Below the pieces are notes generated by a model. That model saw only the letters and a program-made list of their open reading frames with translations, ran no database searches and was not told where the DNA came from. Below are positions 52,656-61,238 of a stretch of 61,238 nt of DNA, one piece after another. Origin of the DNA: Limisphaerales bacterium (GTDB lineage Bacteria > Verrucomicrobiota > Verrucomicrobiia > Limisphaerales > JAJOIW01); assembly GCA_965657355.1 (NCBI GenBank), contig CBFHOE010000004.1:246055-307292 (forward strand), written 5' to 3'. The translations under genes and the position numbers were made by a program. The stretch's first letter is position 1, and every line of letters begins with the position of its first letter.

Positions 52656-53474
52656 ATGAGTTCCAAGAATGTTCAAGGCCCTTCAGATGGATTCTCCAGA
52701 AGAGAAATTAAAAAAGCTGTTACCAAAAAAAACTTTTCCCATCCCATGACTTTATTTCCTACTTCAGCAGGTCTAGCTGCCACTATCGGCGCTGTCCTGA
52801 TCGGTGGGCCGGCAGTTTGGGCAATGAGTTTAGGTCTTGTTGGCTTGGGTGTCGTTTCATGGTGTGCAAACCAATTTTTAAGATTTGAAAAGCTTGCCTC
52901 CGGGCATATGGCTGCGCTACGTGAGCAAATGAGGATTAAGAGAGAAGAAAAAATAGGTTTGTTACAGCACCAACTTGGAGAATTAGGTTGTCCCTCTGGA
53001 TCCTCCCAACTTGCCAAATTACATGAAAAATATCAGACCTTCAAAGAGGTTCTCGATCAGAAGTTTAACCAAACCGAGTTTACCTATGGCCGGTACCTCG
53101 GGATGGCCGAACAAGTTTATCTCGCAGGTTTAGATAATTTGGAAAAAATTGCTCTATCCCTTAAAAGCGTCAGCACCATTGATGAAAGTTACATCAATAA
53201 GGAACTTCATTTGTTGGAGGAAAAAAAAGGGGGATCAACTGATGCTCAAAGAGATGCATTGCTCGATCGGCTGGGGCTCATTCAAAAGTCAAAAGATAAA
53301 GTTGACGACCTTTTGGCACAGAATGAGCGGGCATTGACCCAGCTTGTTTCGACTGCTAGCAAATTAACTGAGATTGAAACAGGTCCAGGCCAATCGTCGA
53401 TGGCTATGGATCAAGCAATGGAGGAACTCGGTAGGTTGACATCTAATATGTCGATATATGATAGGAATTCGTAA
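52656..53474 (+). CDS. XpaC-like membrane-anchored coiled-coil protein (TelA partner)
   Basis: Two N-terminal TM helices then long coiled coil; directly upstream of a telA-like gene, the usual position of XpaC-type genes. Confidence 0.55.
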   Translation: MSSKNVQGPSDGFSRREIKKAVTKKNFSHPMTLFPTSAGLAATIGAVLIGGPAVWAMSLGLVGLGVVSWCANQFLRFEKLASGHMAALREQMRIKREEKIGLLQHQLGELGCPSGSSQLAKLHEKYQTFKEVLDQKFNQTEFTYGRYLGMAEQVYLAGLDNLEKIALSLKSVSTIDESYINKELHLLEEKKGGSTDAQRDALLDRLGLIQKSKDKVDDLLAQNERALTQLVSTASKLTEIETGPGQSSMAMDQAMEELGRLTSNMSIYDRNS

Positions 53475-53576
53475 TTCCTTTTATTTAATAGGGGGGCTTA
53501 TCATAAGGAACTCTTATAATAATCGAATCAGGCGATTGGCCATTTAATACTAATTCAAAATAAGTAAGCTAAAATT

Positions 53577-54827
53577 ATGAGTGATCAATTAAAGCATTCA
53601 AATCAAAGTGCAGCCACCAGTTCGGGAGATTTGGGATTGGACATGCTCTCTCTCTCGGCTCCGGAGGAACTCAAACAAGAACTAGGCCTTTCCACAATTG
53701 AAGCCGCTCCCGAACCTGACGTTGATCCGGAACTCGAAGCAAAAGCTAATGCATTTGTAGATGCCGTCTTATCATCCGGCGAAACGGACGAAGACAATCA
53801 AGTGCAACAGAAAAATTTAGTTGATAATTTCGGTCTGGACCTTCAAAAGATGGCCTCCAATCGAAGTAAAATGCTTCAGCAGCCAATAAACGACCTTATG
53901 AAAAGGGGGGATGATGGCGGTGAGGTTGCTAAGGCTCTTGTCGATTTGAAAAAGGAGGTTGAAGAGCTCAACCCCAACGAATTTGATCTCAATGCTAGTG
54001 GGATTTCTAAAATACTCGGAAAGCTTCCATTTATAGGGAGCAAATTAAGTCGATATTTTCAAAAATATGCGAGTGCCCAGGAAATAATAGACGAAATAAT
54101 CAAATCCTTAGAGAAGGGTAAAGATCAATTAGTTCGCGATAATAAAACGCTTTCCCAAGATCAGGTGACGATGCGAGCTCTCACCAAACAGCTTGAAAGA
54201 ATGATTCAAATGGGACTGCTCCTCGATGAAAAATTAGTTTATAAACTAGAACGCGAAATTCCAGCTGATGATAAACGTCATCGATTTATCTCTGAAGAAA
54301 TTTTATTTCCTTTAAGGCAGAGAATCCAAGATTTGCAGCAACAACTTGCGGTAACCCAACAAGGTGTCCTTTCCATCGAGTTAGTCGTTAGAAATAATAG
54401 AGAGCTCATACGTGGGGTTGATAGAGCAATCAACGTAACTGTGTCTGCACTTAGCGTGGCTGTCACTGTCGCTTTGGCTCTTAATAACCAAAAACTAGTC
54501 CTGGACAAAATTACGAGCTTAAATAAAACAACTTCGAGTTTGATCAGCAGCACTGCATCTCGTCTAAGAACCCAAGGCGTCCAAATTCATAAGCAGGCGT
54601 CATCAACTATGTTGAGTATCGAGGATTTAAAAAGTGCATTCGTGGATATTAACGCTGCTATTGATGAAGTTTCTCGATACAGACTAGAGGCTTTGCCCAA
54701 AATGGCAGGCCAAATTCAGGAAATGGCTCAACTAGCCGCACAAGGGGAAAAGAAAATTCAAAAACTTGAAGAGGGCAGCAACGTATCTCCAAAAGTGCAA
54801 AATTTGGATCTCGACCTACCGGAATAA
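53577..54827 (+). CDS. telA: Toxic anion resistance protein (TelA/KlaA family)
   Basis: Helical; 'L.DLKKEVEELNP', 'KLPFIG.KL.RYFQKY.SAQ..ID.I', 'L.RDN', 'LRQRIQDL', 'NNRELIRGVDRA..VTV'. Confidence 0.9.
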   Translation: MSDQLKHSNQSAATSSGDLGLDMLSLSAPEELKQELGLSTIEAAPEPDVDPELEAKANAFVDAVLSSGETDEDNQVQQKNLVDNFGLDLQKMASNRSKMLQQPINDLMKRGDDGGEVAKALVDLKKEVEELNPNEFDLNASGISKILGKLPFIGSKLSRYFQKYASAQEIIDEIIKSLEKGKDQLVRDNKTLSQDQVTMRALTKQLERMIQMGLLLDEKLVYKLEREIPADDKRHRFISEEILFPLRQRIQDLQQQLAVTQQGVLSIELVVRNNRELIRGVDRAINVTVSALSVAVTVALALNNQKLVLDKITSLNKTTSSLISSTASRLRTQGVQIHKQASSTMLSIEDLKSAFVDINAAIDEVSRYRLEALPKMAGQIQEMAQLAAQGEKKIQKLEEGSNVSPKVQNLDLDLPE

Positions 54828-54848
54828 TTTTATCGATTTTAGATCACA

Positions 54849-56249
54849 GTGAAGCAACCAGGATATCTGACACAGAACGATGATTCCAGGATACCCGCAG
54901 GGATAACTGTACCAACACTGAAGAGTGGAAGAGTATCATATCGTTCATGGTATCTGCCTTTGACTTACGACTCGTTAACACTGAAGCAGGCACTGGAATT
55001 CCAATCCATCGTGGCCGCACCTCAGGGGAAAATTCCCGAAATTATCAGGTGGACCGAAGGCAAGGATTCGCACCTAGTAAAAGAATTTTTTTATGGGGGC
55101 GTGGATCTTGTAGCCCACGACTGCATTCACATGTTGCTTGGACGTGGGCTTTTAACAAAAGATGAGGCATTTGTTATTGGTTTTACAATGGGGAGTACGA
55201 AAAAGCTCGAAACCCTTAATAAGGACATTTTTTCATACATTGCTCAGCATTACTATCCCAACGCCTACAAAATGAATGATGAGGCCAAGAGGGTGTTTTT
55301 CGATGCAGCTAAACTCGGCTTTATTTCTGACGGGCCAGCTTTGGATGAGACCAATTTCAAACCCTACTTTAACAGATCGCTTGACGAATTGAGAAGTGCC
55401 CTGAAATTGCCCGTCAATTTGATACAATCTTATTACCGGGACATAGAGAAAAGAAGGTTTCCCCAAGACCCGGGTTCTTCACGTCTTATCACTGGAAATT
55501 TAGAAATTTCTCCTTGGATATTTTCAAATGAGGACGGGCAGAGCACATTACTTGAGCTTGCTCAAGAAAAAGAGCGTCGACTTAATAATTCAGACAAGGA
55601 GTTTCGATGTCGAATGGCTGATCTGGTTGCATTGAGAGACGAGATCGTCGATAAACACCGGTCAAGGCTCTCCGAACAAAGGGATTTAGCAAAAGCCTGC
55701 TTCGAGGAAATAAAAAAAATTTGTGGAGACGAGCATCCCGAAATCAATAGAGACCTTGCCACAAAACCATGGGATCAATACTTTGAAAAAGCGCTGACTA
55801 ACATAGAGGAGACAGCTGAGTTATTACTATGCCCAGATAATAGAACTAAATGGGAAGAGCCTGGTCCAGGGCTTGAAGCCCGCTCATATGTTCATGCGAT
55901 TCTTAATCGTGGAGATGCACCTAGAGACAGGGCCTTTTGTCGGGGATTCTTTGATGGTAGCGACGACAAGAAATCAAGCTATTCTGCTGATATGAAATTG
56001 GACATGTTAAAAAATTCTGGGGTGTCTCTGGATGGAGAATACACGGAGGACATGAGAAGGTCATATCATGAGGGAGTCTATCTGGCGTATATTAATGACA
56101 CCGTATCTCTCAAAGAAGTCGATTGGGACTCATTTAGGGCCTCCACTATTTCTGAGGTTAGGCAACGTTTAAATCTCACAACGTCCACAATAGAAAGCTA
56201 TAAGATGGAGGTTGAAGACCAGAGGCTGCCTGCTTCACGAGCAGAATAA
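54849..56249 (+). CDS. Hypothetical protein with tandem internal duplication; first repeat has a Coq4-like HDxxH-x11-E motif
   Basis: HDCIHMLLGRGLLTKDEAFVIGFTMGS versus RSYVHAILNRGDAPRDRAFCRGFFDGS; GTG start 21 nt after the telA stop. Confidence 0.7.
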   Translation: MKQPGYLTQNDDSRIPAGITVPTLKSGRVSYRSWYLPLTYDSLTLKQALEFQSIVAAPQGKIPEIIRWTEGKDSHLVKEFFYGGVDLVAHDCIHMLLGRGLLTKDEAFVIGFTMGSTKKLETLNKDIFSYIAQHYYPNAYKMNDEAKRVFFDAAKLGFISDGPALDETNFKPYFNRSLDELRSALKLPVNLIQSYYRDIEKRRFPQDPGSSRLITGNLEISPWIFSNEDGQSTLLELAQEKERRLNNSDKEFRCRMADLVALRDEIVDKHRSRLSEQRDLAKACFEEIKKICGDEHPEINRDLATKPWDQYFEKALTNIEETAELLLCPDNRTKWEEPGPGLEARSYVHAILNRGDAPRDRAFCRGFFDGSDDKKSSYSADMKLDMLKNSGVSLDGEYTEDMRRSYHEGVYLAYINDTVSLKEVDWDSFRASTISEVRQRLNLTTSTIESYKMEVEDQRLPASRAE

Positions 56250-56355
56250 CGATCCTGCGTGTGTTTTGGAGCATGCTAATCGTGATTGAATCTTATTGTT
56301 TTTAGGTGTAATTCTCTGATGTTATGAATTCCATTGTTTGTTCCACCAGAATCAA

Positions 56356-58602
56356 ATGACACCAATAAGAATTACATTACTGGCCTTCTCTCTATTGTTA
56401 ACTAACGTTCCTGTTAGAGCAGAAATTAATTTAGACGTTGAGTGGCAGCCTCTTGCCTCGCAAACCAGGAGAGTCTTAGAAGCAATGGATTATCTTGGGA
56501 TGGCTGTTCCGGACCCTATCAGAGAGGAATTAATTGAAGCCCATGAGACACCGGGTTTGCCCTCTGTTCGCCAAATTCAGGAAGCATTGGATCAGCTTTG
56601 TATCGCTGAAGTAGATATCAACCCAGAGAGCAGGGTGAAAGTGTCGCAAGGCACAGCCGTCCCAGAGCTGGTTAAGAATGGCTGGAGGCAATTTTTAATA
56701 AAAGTTAATAATCAGGCTGGTGTAACGGCTCAATTAAAAGTTACTTCTAGGCATGCGGGCCAGTTGGCTGGAGCGAAAGAGAATAAAGTTGCCGATCTTT
56801 GGTTGGATCTTCAGATGTATGATTCCCAACCTTTAAAAAAGTCGTTGAGTGGGCTGTCATTGGAATACCGAATTGTTCAGCTTTATTCTAAAGATGAGGG
56901 TAAAAGAGAAGCTAGAATTGGATTTAATGTCGGACAGGGTACTCAAGATATAGGCTTTAGAAATGAAATCGATATTCTATTTGATATAAAGCCAGCTAAT
57001 AAAGTTAAACTCGTCGTATTGGACGAAAAAGGAGATGCATCCGCTGGCGCTTTTGTCATAAGGGACAAATTTGGGAGGGTATACCCCTCACAGGCTAAAC
57101 GCTTAGCTCCAGATTTTGCCTTTCATCCACAGATCTACCGATACGACGGGGAATTTCTGGAACTTCCCGATGGAGAATACAAGATCCATTTTTCTCGCGG
57201 TCCCGAATCTCTGCCGGAATATAGGACTTTAAATTTGGACAATAAAACCCAGGAAATAAAATTTCAGGTCAAAAGGTGGATTGACCCAGCGGCCGCCGGT
57301 TGGTGGTCTGGAGACCACCATATACATGCTGCAGGCTGTGCCCATTATAACAAGCCATCTGAGGGCGTTCATGCGCCAGATATGATTCGTCATTGTTTTG
57401 GGGAAGACTTAAAAATTGGTGCTAACCTCACATGGGGGCCATGTTTTGATTATCAAAAACAATTTTTTTCAGGCCAAGTGGACCCTGTCTCCAAATTTCC
57501 ATACCTATTGAGGTATGATATTGAGATTTCTGGTTTCGGATCTCACCAATCCGGTCATCTCTGTTTATTGAGGCTGAAAAACCAGATGTATCCTGGCGGC
57601 GATTCAAAAGATCATTGGCCAACGCTGTGCTTGAATTCATTGAAATGGGCGAAGGCTCAAGGCGCTGTCACTGGTCCAGCTCATTCAGGCTGGGGTTTAC
57701 ATGTCGATTCAGCTGAACTACCAAATTATATTATCCCGCCTTTTGATGGTATAGGCGCTAACGAATATATTGTGGATGTCACTCATCAAGTACCTGGACC
57801 CACGGGTGATCTTGAGCCAGCAGTAGATTTTCTTTCAACGGTCGATACACCTTATGTTTGGGAATTGAATATTTGGTATCACACCCTCAATGCTGGATTT
57901 AGGACAAGGATTAGTGGGGAAACAGATTTTCCTTGTATCTATGGAGAACGCGTTGGGTTGGGCAGAAGTTATGTAAAACTGGACGGCATATTGGACTACG
58001 ATGATTGGTGCCAAGGCATAAGAAAAGGCAGAAATTACGTCGGTGATGGGAGAAGTCATTTTCTTCATTTCGACGTCAATGGTTTTGAAATGGGAGTTGA
58101 TGAAAGCGAGGTCTATCTGGATGAGCCTCAATTGGTGAATATCAAAGCGCAAGTCGCAGCGATGCTGAATGAACAACCAGATGCCAGTATTCGAGAAAGG
58201 CACTACTCTCAAAAACCATTTTGGCATGTCGAAAGGGCGCGGATTGGCGATACTAGAAATGTTCCAGTGGAGGTTCTCGTCAATGGAGAGGTTGCCGCCA
58301 CAACGATTATTAAAGCCGATGGCAATCAAAGAAATCTGTCATGGCAGCTGCCAATCTCCAAAAGCTCGTGGGTTGCAATCAGGATACTGCCATCATCTCA
58401 CACAAATCCAATTTTCATCAAGGTCGATGATAAGCCGATTAGGGCGAGCAAAGAGAGTATTCAATGGTGCCTGGATTCGGTGGACCAATGCTGGTCTCAG
58501 AAAGAAAAATTCATAGCTAAAAATGAGATCGAAGAGGCTAAGGCTGCTTACCAGCATGCCCGGGAGGTCTACGCTCAAAGACTTGGTGAAGTAGACCAGT
58601 AA
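56356..58602 (+). CDS. CehA/McbA-type PHP-like metallohydrolase, secreted
   Basis: Signal peptide; WWSGDHHIH, SGHL, PAHSG, WYHTLNAG, SGETDFPC, SHTNPIF. Confidence 0.82.
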   Translation: MTPIRITLLAFSLLLTNVPVRAEINLDVEWQPLASQTRRVLEAMDYLGMAVPDPIREELIEAHETPGLPSVRQIQEALDQLCIAEVDINPESRVKVSQGTAVPELVKNGWRQFLIKVNNQAGVTAQLKVTSRHAGQLAGAKENKVADLWLDLQMYDSQPLKKSLSGLSLEYRIVQLYSKDEGKREARIGFNVGQGTQDIGFRNEIDILFDIKPANKVKLVVLDEKGDASAGAFVIRDKFGRVYPSQAKRLAPDFAFHPQIYRYDGEFLELPDGEYKIHFSRGPESLPEYRTLNLDNKTQEIKFQVKRWIDPAAAGWWSGDHHIHAAGCAHYNKPSEGVHAPDMIRHCFGEDLKIGANLTWGPCFDYQKQFFSGQVDPVSKFPYLLRYDIEISGFGSHQSGHLCLLRLKNQMYPGGDSKDHWPTLCLNSLKWAKAQGAVTGPAHSGWGLHVDSAELPNYIIPPFDGIGANEYIVDVTHQVPGPTGDLEPAVDFLSTVDTPYVWELNIWYHTLNAGFRTRISGETDFPCIYGERVGLGRSYVKLDGILDYDDWCQGIRKGRNYVGDGRSHFLHFDVNGFEMGVDESEVYLDEPQLVNIKAQVAAMLNEQPDASIRERHYSQKPFWHVERARIGDTRNVPVEVLVNGEVAATTIIKADGNQRNLSWQLPISKSSWVAIRILPSSHTNPIFIKVDDKPIRASKESIQWCLDSVDQCWSQKEKFIAKNEIEEAKAAYQHAREVYAQRLGEVDQ

Positions 58603-58643
58603 ACATCAGTTTTAACAGAATCTTCAATATCAAAACTTAGAGG

Positions 58644-59879
58644 ATGTTCCATTTTTGTAATCTTTTAGTGTGGATAATTCTGATTTCCTGTGTTCCAAAG
58701 GGTTACAGTTCGCCATGGAAAATGCACATTATTGATAATTCATCTCAAGGTGCAGATGGCGTCCGAGTAGGCGATGCAAACAATGATGGTCTTCTGGATT
58801 TTGCGACTGGCTGGGAAGAGGGCGGTAAAGTTAGGATTTGCATTAATCCCGGCCACAAAAGATCCAAGTTTCGCTGGCCATCAACAACAGTTGGTAAAGT
58901 GAAATCACCAGAAGATGCTTTTTGGGCGGATATTAATGGAGATGGTGTGCCGGAGGTTGTTAGTTGTTGTGAAGGCGGAGAAAGGACTAGCTATGTCCAT
59001 TATTTTATTTCTTCAAATTCACAAAAGGATTTATTGAAAGGTTCTCTCTGGAAAACTGAGGTCATAGGTCCTACTGAAAATACGGAATCTTGGATGTTTG
59101 GAGCTTCAGCTGATATTGATCGTGATAGCAAAACAGATCTCGTACTTTCATCAAAAGGTCATAAAGCAAGTGTTTCATTGCTAAGGCGAAGAAGTGAAAT
59201 TAAGGGCTTGTCCGGATTCGGCAAGGAGTGGAACCTAACTCGTTTGAGTGATGCCGGTTGGGTAATGTCGCTGAGACTAATCGATATTGATAAAGACAAA
59301 GATCTAGATATACTTTTTACAGATCGTAAAGGGCCACTCCGTGGGGTGAGATGGTTGGAGAATCCTTGCGTCGGGAATAATGAGGAATGGGTCAATCATT
59401 TTGTTGGGGGGCGAAAAAAAGAAGTCATGTTTTTGGACGTGGGAGATTTAGATTCAGATGGTATGTTAGATATTCTTTGCGCTACGAGAAATGGTCATAT
59501 GATTTTGTTTCATGGGGATGAATCAGTAGGATTTATTTCCGAGAATGAGATTTTTCAAATGAACCCTGAAGGTATTTTAAACGGTAAAGCGGTTAAGATA
59601 GCTGACATAGACGGAGATGGGGATATGGATATAGCTCATACCGCAAACACAGGTTCGGTAGGCCAAGCGAATGGAAGGGCAGGGGTTCACTGGTTAGAGA
59701 ACAATGGGGCGGGGGAATCTGACTGGAAAGTTCATCCCATTTCAGGCATCAAGGGAATAAAGTTTGATAGAATAGAGTTGATTGATCTTGATGGTGATGA
59801 TGACCTTGATCTGATTACATGTGAGGAGAGAGATAATTTGGGTTTAGTTTGGTTTGAAAACCCTCATCGGAATCCCTAA
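58644..59879 (+). CDS. FG-GAP/VCBS repeat protein (possible lipoprotein)
   Basis: Repeated DxD/NxDGxxD loops (DANNDGLLD, DINGDGVPE, DIDKDKDLD, DLDSDGMLD, DIDGDGDMD, DLDGDDDLD), WLEN/WFEN. Confidence 0.88.
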   Translation: MFHFCNLLVWIILISCVPKGYSSPWKMHIIDNSSQGADGVRVGDANNDGLLDFATGWEEGGKVRICINPGHKRSKFRWPSTTVGKVKSPEDAFWADINGDGVPEVVSCCEGGERTSYVHYFISSNSQKDLLKGSLWKTEVIGPTENTESWMFGASADIDRDSKTDLVLSSKGHKASVSLLRRRSEIKGLSGFGKEWNLTRLSDAGWVMSLRLIDIDKDKDLDILFTDRKGPLRGVRWLENPCVGNNEEWVNHFVGGRKKEVMFLDVGDLDSDGMLDILCATRNGHMILFHGDESVGFISENEIFQMNPEGILNGKAVKIADIDGDGDMDIAHTANTGSVGQANGRAGVHWLENNGAGESDWKVHPISGIKGIKFDRIELIDLDGDDDLDLITCEERDNLGLVWFENPHRNP

Positions 59880-60302
59880 AGACCCTCCTTTATTTGATCT
59901 ATCTGAAAAGATCCCGTGAATTTTCAGTCTGCATGAAATAAGAAACCTTTAGGATTTAAAATTTGTTCGTCGGTGAACCAACCTTTAATATTTATCAAAC
60001 CATTCAAAGTGGAGGTAATTATCTTTGATCAACTAAAATAGCTTTATCAGTTTTGTGCATTTTTAATTGAGCTTAAGGGCTCTCAGGTTTTTATTCAGAG
60101 GAAGTATAAACACATACCATAGGCCTCCACCCTTTGAGATTGCAGATTTCAAAACCAAAAATGCTGACCGAACCAACAACTCTTTGCTACCAACCTATAC
60201 AATCAAAGATATTCTGTTAAATGGCAGCAAGTCCTTAAATAAGAAAGTCTGATTTTTTAAATGAAAAAGTTTGCTTAGATATTAGCTTGTTAAACAAACA
60301 AG

Positions 60303-61181
60303 TTAAATGCTTGTGGCTAAAATTGATTTATCCTCCTTAAGAACTGGAATGCTTTTTAAAATAGGAAAAGCCAATCCAATATCCCCAGAGACTAAAAATT
60401 CATTTTCTTTAACTAATGGTATGTCAGATCCAGGCATCGTATAGTAATGGCTGAAAACTGAATCCAATTCTGTTGGGGCAAAAACGTAGCAATCAGTTGG
60501 ATTTAAAGGATTGTTTATATTTTTGAGTGGTACGAAATCAATCAATTCTCCTCCAATCTCATCAACTGTTTTTTCTATATCTTTGATGTAACCTAATGAA
60601 TCCATGCGGTTTTTCCCCGTTTCAGAATTGATTTCATATGAAGGTTCAAAAAATATGCATTTTTTTGACACCCTAAATATCTCCGAGAGTAAATTCTTTA
60701 AATTGCCTCCGTTAGGCTCCAAAGCATGGCTAGATATTGCGATATCTATACTTGTTGACGGTAATGGAATCTTACTTATATCGGCGATGAAGGCATGTAA
60801 ATTTTGTAAATTGTTACTTATATTATTGGAGTAATATTTTGATCCTTTAAAAATTCTAGACCAACTAATGTCAAAAGCATAAACGTCTAAAACTTGAATA
60901 TGAAACTGATTGATTAATCCAGTTAAAGTTGTCAGTTCGCCGGTCCCTACGTCCATCATTGTAATTCCATCATGTATATGCGGCTTAATTAATTCATACA
61001 TCTCGACATGTCCACTCAATACTTCTTGTGCATTGGTTTCCACATATTCAATATAGGAACCAGCCTGGAGATCGTAAGCGATCTCGATAATTTCAGGGCT
61101 ATTTTAATTTGTATCCAGAGTAGTCTTGAGGTAGTTGGTTATGATTAGATCTTTAAGTTTTCTAATCAGAGTATGATTCAT
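60303..61181 (-). pseudogene. Class I SAM-dependent methyltransferase with Trm112-like tail, interrupted by an in-frame TAA
   Basis: MDVGTGE, FDISWSR, SSHALEP, FFEP; frame continues upstream of the called ORF (NSPEIIEIAYDLQAGSY) to TAA at 61104-61106 and on to ATG 61181. Confidence 0.6.
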
Positions 61182-61238
61182 AAGTAGCCAAAGAAGCCTT
61201 TCGAGAAAGGAAAGGCGTGTTACTGCAAAAGATAAATC

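Noticed and set aside
3519..60834. Many 60-165 aa ORFs in the track overlapping larger genes on the other strand or frame
   Set aside because: Shadow ORFs of well-supported CDSs with no motifs or RBS
1..61238. CRISPR array, rRNA, IS/transposase, prophage or reverse transcriptase
   Set aside because: No regularly spaced repeats or diagnostic motifs seen by eye

Overview
Bacterial chromosomal window, about 61 kb, moderately AT-rich, standard genetic code. The gene content points to a PVC-superphylum organism, most likely a free-living (possibly marine) Verrucomicrobium; this is inferred from two DUF1549/DUF1553 (PSCyt) + DUF1501 pairs, a HEAT-repeat haem-c protein, PQQ-like propellers, a sulfatase, a TIGR03790 protein and a CehA/McbA-type hydrolase. 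Housekeeping genes are hisI, guaB, recN and tRNA-Ser(GCT). A low-density accessory stretch (about 29.2-35.1 kb) lies downstream of the tRNA 3' end and carries a photolyase-like gene, DUF3429, an RNase H-fold candidate and a secreted unknown. The most striking element is a six-gene cluster at 48.4-56.2 kb. It encodes two substrate-binding/OmpA-C fusions with no ABC permease or ATPase, a vWA lipoprotein, an XpaC-like membrane coiled coil, TelA, and an internally duplicated protein with a Coq4-type HDxxH-x11-E motif in one repeat only. It looks like an uncharacterised envelope sensing/stress system. Other oddities are an esterase-hydratase fusion, a double HtrA-like protease with a Ser-to-Cys, PDZ-split second domain, variant HisI and IMPDH motifs, and a methyltransferase with an in-frame stop. 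No CRISPR array, rRNA, integrase or transposase was seen. All family calls come from motif recognition by eye; no searches were run.
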